From Rhizobiaceae bacterium (GTDB lineage: Bacteria > Pseudomonadota > Alphaproteobacteria > Rhizobiales > Rhizobiaceae), in assembly GCA_039808465.1 (NCBI GenBank), contig JBDHTA010000001.1, positions 1,578 to 65,577 of the forward strand: a stretch of DNA of 64,000 bases, read 5' to 3'. How positions within the stretch are numbered: the first letter of the stretch is position 1; every line of letters starts with the position of its first letter. A program made the translations under genes and the position numbers. Positions 57,216-64,000 of the stretch are shown piece after piece. Below the pieces are notes generated by a model, which worked only from the letters and a program-made list of their open reading frames with translations, ran no database searches and was not told the DNA's origin.

Positions 57216-57968
57216 TCAGGCGACGGCCTGCGCGCCGGTGATTTCCACCAGCGAGCCGCACATGAACGCGGCTTCGTCGGAGGCGAGGAAGGCGACCAGC
57301 GCGGCGACTTCCTCCGGCTTGCCGATGCGGCCGAAGGGCACGAGTTTGTCGAGATCGGCAATGGTGCGGCCCGAGCGCTTCACCCCGGCTTCCAGCATCG
57401 GCGTGTGGATTTCGCCGGGGCAGACGGCATTGACGCGGATTTTGTGGGGCGCGTAGTCGCGGGCAAGGTTCTGCGTGAAGCTCGCCACCGCCGCCTTGGT
57501 GACGTTGTAGGCGATGTGGTTCGGCGCCGGATGCAGCCCCCACTGCGAGGCCGTGTTGACGATGGCCCCGCCGCCCGCCGCGATCATGTGCGGCAACGCC
57601 GCCTGGCACAGATGGAACATCGCGTCGACATTCACCGCGAAGCTCAGCCGCCAATCCTCCGGCGTCAGCGACAGGAGGTTGCCGCGCCGGTTGATCCCGG
57701 CATTGTTGCAGAGCACATCGATGCGCCCTTCCGTGGCGATGACGTTTTCGACGATTGCCCGGCAGCCTTCGGCGGTGGAGATATCGCTGGCGACAGCGCG
57801 AGCCCTGCCGCCCCCGGCGGCGATCCCGGCGACGGCCGCTTCCGCCCCCTCCCCGTTCATGTCGGTGACGATGACGCTTGCGCCTTCCGCGGCGAAGCGG
57901 GTGCTGATCGCGCCTCCGATGCCGCCCGCGGCGCCGGTAACGATGACGATCTTGTCCTTGAAACGCAT
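57216..57968 (-). CDS. Short-chain dehydrogenase/reductase
   Basis: TGAAGGIG, NNAG, YNVTKAA. Confidence 0.88.
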   Translation of the reverse strand: MRFKDKIVIVTGAAGGIGGAISTRFAAEGASVIVTDMNGEGAEAAVAGIAAGGGRARAVASDISTAEGCRAIVENVIATEGRIDVLCNNAGINRRGNLLSLTPEDWRLSFAVNVDAMFHLCQAALPHMIAAGGGAIVNTASQWGLHPAPNHIAYNVTKAAVASFTQNLARDYAPHKIRVNAVCPGEIHTPMLEAGVKRSGRTIADLDKLVPFGRIGKPEEVAALVAFLASDEAAFMCGSLVEITGAQAVA

Positions 57969-57972
57969 GATA

Positions 57973-58725
57973 TTACCTCATGTAGCTGCCGCCGTTCACA
58001 TCCAGCACGGCGCCGTTCAGCGAGGCCTGCGAGGGACGGAAGGCGAAGGCGGTGATCTCGCCGATTTCCTGCGGATCGGCCATCCGGGCGATGGGGATGC
58101 CGGCCAGAGCCGCCGCCTCGCCATGCTCGGCGATATAGGCTTCGGCCATTTCGGTGCGCACCCAGCCGGGCGCAAGCGCGACGGCGGTGACGCCCTCGTG
58201 CCCGTGGCTTTGCGCGATGGATTTGGTGAGGTTGATGAGCGCGGCCTTCGAGGCGCCATAGGCCATGGCGCTGGAGGTGTAGCCGCGCTGTCCGGCGCGG
58301 CTCGCCATGTTGACGATCCGCCCGCCGCCATTCGCCCGGAAATGCTGGATGGCGAGCTTGGACAGATCGGCCGCCGACAGGAAATTGACGCGCATTTCGC
58401 GCTCCCAGACCCGCTGCCATTCTTCCATCGGCGCATCCACCGCGATTTCCGAGCGGATGCCCGCATTGTTGACGAGGCCCGTCAGCCTGCCTGCGGCGGC
58501 AAGCGCCTTGTCCCACAGCGCCTGCGGCCCGGCCGGGTCCGACAGGTCGGCGGAAACGGCCCATGCCCGGCCATCGAGCGAGCGGGCCAGAGCCTCGGCG
58601 GCATCGCGGTTACGGCCATAGTGGATGACGACATCGGCGCCCTCGGCGGCCAGCGCCCGGCAGATCGCCTGTCCGATGGCGCCCGTCGCGCCCGTTACGA
58701 GAATGGATTGACCGGATAGCGTCAT
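57973..58725 (-). CDS. Short-chain dehydrogenase/reductase
   Basis: TGATGAIG, NNAG, YGASKAA. The start overlaps the upstream stop (ATGA 58722-58725). Confidence 0.88.
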   Translation of the reverse strand: MTLSGQSILVTGATGAIGQAICRALAAEGADVVIHYGRNRDAAEALARSLDGRAWAVSADLSDPAGPQALWDKALAAAGRLTGLVNNAGIRSEIAVDAPMEEWQRVWEREMRVNFLSAADLSKLAIQHFRANGGGRIVNMASRAGQRGYTSSAMAYGASKAALINLTKSIAQSHGHEGVTAVALAPGWVRTEMAEAYIAEHGEAAALAGIPIARMADPQEIGEITAFAFRPSQASLNGAVLDVNGGSYMR

Positions 58726-59753
58726 AATTCACCCACCTGCGGGCCCCATGTGTCCGACATGGCAAAGCCCTGTGCGAAAGGATCCTGCGGATCGAGCCGC
58801 AATTGCTGGCGGCCGAAGACATAGCCCCGGCCGGTGATGCGCGGCAGCACGGCGGGGCGGCCGCAGAGCGTGGTTTCGCCGAGGATCTCGGCCGTGAACT
58901 CCCCGCCGATGATGCTGCGCGACACCCTGATATCGCCGGTCTTCGCCAGCCCCCGCGCATGCAGGATGGCGAGATTGGCGGACGAGCCGGTGCCGCAGGG
59001 CGAGCGATCCACCCGGCCGGGCTTCAGCGTCGTGCAGGTGACGACCGATCCATCCGGCTGGTAATCGCGGAACATCACATAGGCGATCTCGTCGAGGCTC
59101 GGAATTTCCGGATGGACCACCGCAACCTGCCGCGCCAGCAAAGCCTTGATCTCTGTTCCGGCCTCCGCCAATGCGCGGGCGTGCTCCGGCACGATCCGCA
59201 ATCCCACCTGATCCACGTCGATCTGGGCGTAGAAGACGCCGCCGAAGGCGATATCGCCGGTGATCCGGCCCCATTGCGGCGTGTCGATGGCGACATCGAG
59301 CGCATGCACGAAAGCCGGAACATTGTCGAGGCTGACCGAGAGGCAGCGCCCGCCTTCACACCGCGCCCGGGCAATGATCAGCCCGGCCGCCGTATCCAGC
59401 CGCACGATGGTTTCCGGCTCCGTCATGGCGACACGGCCGGTTTCCAGCAGCGCCGTCACCACGCAGATGCAGTTGGAGCCGGACATCGGATGAGCGCGAT
59501 CCGGTTGCAGCACGATGAAAGCGGCATCCGCATCCGGCCGCGCCGGGGGCAGCAACAGGTTCGTCGTGTGGACGACCTGCGCCCGCGGCTCACGCGTCAG
59601 GAACAGGCGCAGCGATGGATCGACATCGTTGAGGTGGTTCATCTTGTCGAGAACGGTCGCGCCCGGGATTTCGGGCGCGCCATCGATGAGGACATTGCCG
59701 CTTTCGCCCTGGCAATGGACGAGCAGGATATCGAGCGCCTTGTCGAAGCTCAT
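58722..59753 (-). CDS. Proline racemase-superfamily enzyme (4-hydroxyproline 2-epimerase-like; Ser/Cys catalytic pair)
   Basis: Second catalytic motif VDRSPCGTGSSA (Cys present). The first catalytic position reads HPMSGSN, with Ser where ProR/4HypE have MCGH. Start ATG 59753 (MSFDK) is chosen because it forms an ATGA overlap with the upstream stop. Confidence 0.8.
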   Translation of the reverse strand: MSFDKALDILLVHCQGESGNVLIDGAPEIPGATVLDKMNHLNDVDPSLRLFLTREPRAQVVHTTNLLLPPARPDADAAFIVLQPDRAHPMSGSNCICVVTALLETGRVAMTEPETIVRLDTAAGLIIARARCEGGRCLSVSLDNVPAFVHALDVAIDTPQWGRITGDIAFGGVFYAQIDVDQVGLRIVPEHARALAEAGTEIKALLARQVAVVHPEIPSLDEIAYVMFRDYQPDGSVVTCTTLKPGRVDRSPCGTGSSANLAILHARGLAKTGDIRVSRSIIGGEFTAEILGETTLCGRPAVLPRITGRGYVFGRQQLRLDPQDPFAQGFAMSDTWGPQVGEL

Positions 59754-61219
59754 TTCAGATACCATCCCCAGGGCTCATCGCTGACGAGGCGGGTGATCTG
59801 CTTGGTCTCCAGATAGTTGTCGAGACCCCAGCGGCCGAGTTCGCGGCCGATGCCGGATTGCTTGTAGCCGCCCCAGGGCGCTTGGGTGAAGGTGGGCTGC
59901 GAGCAGTTGATCCAGACGATCCCGGCGCGGAAGGCGGCGGCCACGCGCTCGCAGCGCGCATCGTCGGCGGACATCACGGCGGCGGCAAGGCCGAAGCGGG
60001 AATCGTTGGCAAGCCGGATCGCCTCCTCCTCCGTCTCGAAAGGACGGATGCAGACGACCGGGCCGAAGATTTCCTCCACCCAGGCGTCGCTGTCGAGCGC
60101 CATACCGGTGAGGATGGTGGGAGCCACCCAGAAGCCCCTGTCGAAGCCATCGTAGCGGCCGCCGCAGGCGACGGTTGCGCCCTGCTCGACGGCGCGATCG
60201 ATATGGCGCAGCACGTCCTCATACTGCCCCTTGTTGACGAGGGGCCCAAGCAGCGTGCCTTCGTCGAGCCCGTTGCCGATCCTGATCTTCTTCGCTTCCT
60301 CGACCAGCCGCTCCAGCAGCTTCGGATAGAGCGGGGCTTCCACCAGAACCCGCGAGGTGGCCGAGCAGACCTGCCCCTGATTCCAGAAGATGCCGAACAT
60401 GATCCATTCGACGGCCTTGTCGATATCGCTGTCGGCGAAGACCACGAAGGGCGACTTGCCGCCGAGTTCGAGGCTGATGCGCTTGATGTCCTTCGCGCCC
60501 GCCGCCATGATGCGCGAGCCGACCGGGCCGGAGCCGGTGAAGGCGACCTTGTCGACCTGAGGATGCTCGATCAGCGCCTGCCCGACGACCGAGCCCTTGC
60601 CGGAGAGGATGTTCAGCACACCCTTCGGCAGCCCCGCCGCCTCGGCGATTGAACCAAGCTCCAGCGCCGTCAGCGAGGTGGTTTCGGCGGGCTTGAGGAT
60701 CATGGTGCAACCGGCCGCCAGGGCGGGCGCGACTTTCCACGAGGCCATCAGCAGCGGATAATTCCAGGGAACGATGGCAACGGCGACGCCGAGCGGCTCG
60801 CGCACGGCTTTCGAGACGAAGCGCGCATCGGCAAGCTTCACCGTCTCGGCCTCGCCATCCAGTTCCTCGGCGAGATCGGCATAGAAATCGAAGCAACCGG
60901 CGGCATCCGCCAGATCCCATTCGGATTCCGGCAAGGGCTTGCCGTTGTCGCGGGTTTCCATGCGCGCCAGCTCCGGCAGGCGGTCGCGGATGCCTTGCGC
61001 CATGGCGCGGAGATACTTTGCCCGCTCCTTGCCGGAAAGGCGCGGCCACGGCCCGTTGTCGAAGGCGTCGCGGGCGGCCTTCACGGCCGCGTCCGCCTCG
61101 GCGGCGCCAGCGGCGGCGATGTGGTGGAAGACTTCCTCCGTTGCCGGATCGATCACCGGAAGCATGGTTCCGTCGGCGGGAGCAACCCATTGGCCATCGA
61201 TGAAAAGCTTGTTCTGCAT
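59750..61219 (-). CDS. NAD(P)-dependent aldehyde dehydrogenase (candidate alpha-ketoglutarate semialdehyde dehydrogenase)
   Basis: 489 aa from MQNKLFIDGQWV. Contains VPWNYPLLM, FTGSGPVG, ELGGKSP and the catalytic-Cys motif QGQVCSATSR. Confidence 0.9.
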   Translation of the reverse strand: MQNKLFIDGQWVAPADGTMLPVIDPATEEVFHHIAAAGAAEADAAVKAARDAFDNGPWPRLSGKERAKYLRAMAQGIRDRLPELARMETRDNGKPLPESEWDLADAAGCFDFYADLAEELDGEAETVKLADARFVSKAVREPLGVAVAIVPWNYPLLMASWKVAPALAAGCTMILKPAETTSLTALELGSIAEAAGLPKGVLNILSGKGSVVGQALIEHPQVDKVAFTGSGPVGSRIMAAGAKDIKRISLELGGKSPFVVFADSDIDKAVEWIMFGIFWNQGQVCSATSRVLVEAPLYPKLLERLVEEAKKIRIGNGLDEGTLLGPLVNKGQYEDVLRHIDRAVEQGATVACGGRYDGFDRGFWVAPTILTGMALDSDAWVEEIFGPVVCIRPFETEEEAIRLANDSRFGLAAAVMSADDARCERVAAAFRAGIVWINCSQPTFTQAPWGGYKQSGIGRELGRWGLDNYLETKQITRLVSDEPWGWYLK

Positions 61220-61233
61220 GGTGTCCTCGTGGT

Positions 61234-62466
61234 TCAGAAACGGTCGATGCGATAGGGCCGCATGTCGATGGGCGGGGCGGCGCCCGTGATCAGGTCGCCC
61301 ATCAGCCGGGCGGTGGTCGCGGCATAGGTGACGCCGAGATGGCCGTGGCCGGTGGCGTAGAAGACGCCCGGCACCTTCGCCGAAGCCGACATGACCGGCA
61401 CGGTATCGGGGAAAGCCGGGCGATGGCCCATCCATTCGGAAAAATCCTCGCAGCGCAGGTTGGGCAGGGCCGTGCGGGCGCGGCGGACGGTGATCTTCGC
61501 GCGGCGGTAATCGGGCGCGGCGTCGAGCCCCGCCATTTCCACCGTGCCGCCGACGCGGATGCCGCCCGCCGTCGGCGTCACCATGAAGGCGCGCGCGGGC
61601 CAGATGATCGAATGGCGCATGGAAATGCCCGGCGACATGATCTGCGTGTGATAGCCGCGCTCGGTTTCGAGCGGCATCGGTTCGCCCAGCATCTTCGACA
61701 GCAACCCGCTATGGGCGCCCGCGCAGATCACCACCTCATCGGCGGCAATCGCGCCGCCATCCGCGAGACGGACGGCGGTGACGCGGCCGGAGCGCTCGAA
61801 GCCCGCCACCGCGCCGCGCCGGATGTCGCCGCCAAGCGCGGCAAACCTCTGCGCAAGGCCGGTGACCAGCCGGAACGGATCGCGCAGGCTGCGGTTCTGC
61901 GGAAACAGCACGGCAATGCCGATGCTGTCGGACAATTCCGGCTCCAGCTCCCGCGCCTGCCTGCCCGTCAGCCGCTGATGCGCAAAGCCGAAACGCTCGA
62001 GAATTTCGATATGCTCGCGGTCGGCGCGGAATTCCGCCTCGTCGCTGTAGAGCGACAGGCAGCCCTCCTGCGTCAACTCGCCTTCCAGACCCGTTTCCCG
62101 CAACAGCGGCAGCAGGTCGTCGTAAACCCGCTTGCACAGCGCCGCGCCCTCGGCTTCGAGCTGGCGCAGCTTGCCGGGCCGCGAGGCGGCGACGAAGCGG
62201 GCAAACCACGGGATGAGCTTCGGCATATAGGCGGGGCGAACGCGCACCGGCCCTTCGGGATCGAGCATCCATCCGGGGATCTGCTTCCAGACCGACGGCC
62301 GCGAGGCGGGCATGAATTCGGTCACGGCAATCGAGGCCATGTTGCCATAGGAGGCGCCGCGCCCGACCTCGCCCCTGTCGAGCAGCACGACCTGCCGCCC
62401 CCGCTTTTGCAGGTCGTAGGCGATGGCGGTGCCGATGATGCCCGCGCCGATCACGAGGGTAGTCAT
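61234..62466 (-). CDS. FAD-dependent D-amino-acid/D-hydroxyproline dehydrogenase-like oxidoreductase (DAO family)
   Basis: MTTLVIGAGIIGTAIAYDL...VVLLDR Rossmann motif and C-terminal ATGHGHLG. Start ATG 62466 (SD GGAGAAG). Confidence 0.85.
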   Translation of the reverse strand: MTTLVIGAGIIGTAIAYDLQKRGRQVVLLDRGEVGRGASYGNMASIAVTEFMPASRPSVWKQIPGWMLDPEGPVRVRPAYMPKLIPWFARFVAASRPGKLRQLEAEGAALCKRVYDDLLPLLRETGLEGELTQEGCLSLYSDEAEFRADREHIEILERFGFAHQRLTGRQARELEPELSDSIGIAVLFPQNRSLRDPFRLVTGLAQRFAALGGDIRRGAVAGFERSGRVTAVRLADGGAIAADEVVICAGAHSGLLSKMLGEPMPLETERGYHTQIMSPGISMRHSIIWPARAFMVTPTAGGIRVGGTVEMAGLDAAPDYRRAKITVRRARTALPNLRCEDFSEWMGHRPAFPDTVPVMSASAKVPGVFYATGHGHLGVTYAATTARLMGDLITGAAPPIDMRPYRIDRF

Positions 62467-62529
62467 GCGCTCTTCTCCGTTGGTCGACATCAGAGTGGCC
62501 GGGCGGCTTATCCGCCCGGCCGGAAGGGC

Positions 62530-63408
62530 TTACCAGTTGAGGATCGGCTGCATGGCGGCGCGGAAATCGGCCTTTTCCTCGTCCGTCAGCGGGCCGAGGG
62601 GCGCGCGGCATTCGCCGACCGGGGTGCCCTGCACCTCGCAGCCATATTTCAGCTTCTGCACGAACTTGCCGGATTCCAGAATGTTCATCGCCTTGTAGAG
62701 CGTCGCCATCTGCTGCTTGGCCTTGGCGAGATCGCCCGCCTTGAAGGTGCGGTCGAGATCGCAGACAGCCTTGGCCATGCAGTTGGCCGGGCCGCAGATC
62801 CAGCTTTCCGCGCCCCAGAGCATGAAATCGAGGGCGATATCGTCCGAACCCGAAACGAGCTGGATGCGGCCCTCATAACGGGTGGCGATGCCGATGGCGC
62901 GCTGGAGCGAGCCGGAGCTTTCCTTGATGCCGATGATGCGCGGATCATCGGCGAGCGCGTCCAGCACCTCCCAGCCCAGTTCCACGCCGTCCTTGTCCGG
63001 GTAGCTGTAGAGGACGATGTTCATGTCGGTCGCGTCCAGCACGGCCCTGAAATGCGCGACCAGCTCGGCCTGCGTCGGCTTCGTATAGAAGGGCGTCGCC
63101 AGAAGCACGGCGTCATAGCCCATCGCCTTGGCGCGCAGCGTGTTGGCGATGACGCCCGCCGTCGACGGCGCATTGGTGCCCGCGATCAGGATTTCGCCGG
63201 GCTTGGCAAAGTCCTTCACGAATTGCAGCACCTGGTCGCGCTCGTCGTCGGACATGAAGTTGTATTCGCCGGAGGAGCCGCAGGGTACCCAGCCGGTCAC
63301 GCCCGCGGCGCGCAGGTTGGTGAGGTGCTTTTCGAAGGCGGCGAAATCGAGCTTGCCTTCGGCATCGAAGGGGGTGACGAGAGCGGGCAGGACGCCAGAG
63401 AGTTTCAT
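62530..63408 (-). CDS. DapA/dihydrodipicolinate-synthase-family lyase (candidate 1-pyrroline-4-hydroxy-2-carboxylate deaminase)
   Basis: ALVTPF, GSSGEY, YSYP and the Schiff-base lysine in IGIKESSG. Confidence 0.85.
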   Translation of the reverse strand: MKLSGVLPALVTPFDAEGKLDFAAFEKHLTNLRAAGVTGWVPCGSSGEYNFMSDDERDQVLQFVKDFAKPGEILIAGTNAPSTAGVIANTLRAKAMGYDAVLLATPFYTKPTQAELVAHFRAVLDATDMNIVLYSYPDKDGVELGWEVLDALADDPRIIGIKESSGSLQRAIGIATRYEGRIQLVSGSDDIALDFMLWGAESWICGPANCMAKAVCDLDRTFKAGDLAKAKQQMATLYKAMNILESGKFVQKLKYGCEVQGTPVGECRAPLGPLTDEEKADFRAAMQPILNW

Positions 63409-63442
63409 GGGTTACTCCATTCGGGGGTTCTGAGGCTGGGCG

Positions 63443-64000
63443 TCACACGGCCAGCCGCTTGAGGATGCGTTGTTCGACAACCGTGACGGCGCGCGTCAGC
63501 GGGAAGGCGATGACGAAGTAGATGATGGCGACGATGGTCAGCACCTCGACCGGCCGCCCGGTATTGTTGGAGATATTCTGGCCGACGAACATCAGATCCG
63601 CCATGCCCACCGCCGAAACCAGCGCGCTTTCCTTGAAAAGACTGACGCAGTTGGACAGCAGCGTCGGCGCGGCGCGCAGCACCGCCTGCGGCAGCACCAC
63701 GCTGGTCGTGCGCGCAAAGGGCGAAAGCCCCAGCGCCACGCAGGCGTCCAGTTGCTCGCGCCCGACCGATTTCAGCGAGGCGCGGAACGTTTCGCTGGAG
63801 ATCGCGCCCATGTAGAGCGTCAGCGCGATGACGCCGGAGGCCATGTTGGACAGCTCGACGCCGAGGATCAGCGGCAGGCAGAAGAAGATCCAGAACAGTT
63901 GCACCAGCACCGGCGTCCCGCGGAAGAATTCCACATAGACGCTTGAGACGCCGCGCAGGATGGCGCTTTTCGAGGTGCGGGCCAGCGCCAGCAGGAAGCC
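63443..64000 (-). CDS. Amino-acid ABC transporter permease (HisM/GlnP family), C-terminal part; gene runs off the right edge
   Basis: EFFRGTPVLVQLFWIFF..., LKSVGREQLDACVALGLSPFARTTSVVLPQA (EAA loop). The frame stays open upstream of the track's Met to position 64000. Confidence 0.85.
   Translation of the reverse strand, partial: GFLLALARTSKSAILRGVSSVYVEFFRGTPVLVQLFWIFFCLPLILGVELSNMASGVIALTLYMGAISSETFRASLKSVGREQLDACVALGLSPFARTTSVVLPQAVLRAAPTLLSNCVSLFKESALVSAVGMADLMFVGQNISNNTGRPVEVLTIVAIIYFVIAFPLTRAVTVVEQRILKRLAV

Noticed and set aside
54449-57361. 970-aa ORF on the minus strand
   Set aside because: It is antisense to the PLP decarboxylase (STHK motif on the plus strand). Composition is biased and no motifs are present.
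61339-63462. 707-aa ORF on the plus strand
   Set aside because: It is antisense to the DAO-family and DapA-family genes. It has no motifs and Arg/Gly/Ala-rich composition.

Overview
This is a GC-rich, gene-dense window. From gene content and repeat type it looks like an alphaproteobacterial (Rhizobiales-type) chromosome or chromid segment. That assignment is inference and was not checked against any database. I can support about 56 protein genes. I see no rRNA, tRNA, CRISPR, IS element, prophage or recognisable defence genes.

Gene content, left to right:
- capsule export genes (kpsS-like, kpsT, kpsE-like), visibly lower in GC than the rest
- a cobalamin riboswitch driving a binding protein plus FecCD permease with no ATPase, followed directly by pseudoazurin
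- an FAD protein plus a membrane protein with a Gly/Met tail
- a DUF2171, DyP peroxidase and family-1 encapsulin operon
- an HDAC-like amidohydrolase
- a polyol/tagatose catabolic locus (PfkB kinase, GatZ-like, ABC transporter, SDR, LacI)
- a GtrA/GT2/ArnT-like/YdjC cluster resembling lipid-A aminosugar modification loci
- a ~1335-aa multi-PAS hybrid kinase
- two small stress-type proteins
- recQ
- nagA and a SIS-type deaminase
- an indolepyruvate-ferredoxin-oxidoreductase-family gene plus an FAD oxidase
- acuI-like plus crotonase genes
- an acyl-CoA ligase plus GntR regulator
- a PotABCD-type ABC transporter
- DeoR, an IMPase and an Fe3+-type ABC transporter
- a 933-aa Orn/Lys/Arg decarboxylase
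- a hydroxyproline-type catabolic cluster

Non-coding signals:
- the riboswitch
- two strong intrinsic terminators
- three GGAAC-N16/17-(C)GTT-like (EcfG-type) promoter candidates
- a family of nested-palindrome mosaic repeats at 4-5 intergenic sites
- eleven ATGA start/stop overlaps

I did not find an unmistakably novel system. The least ordinary items are the riboswitch/ATPase-less importer/pseudoazurin unit, the stress-promoter-flanked encapsulin neighbourhood, the lgm/arn-like cluster, the repeat family and the oversized decarboxylase. Many very long ORFs in the track are antisense artefacts of high GC.
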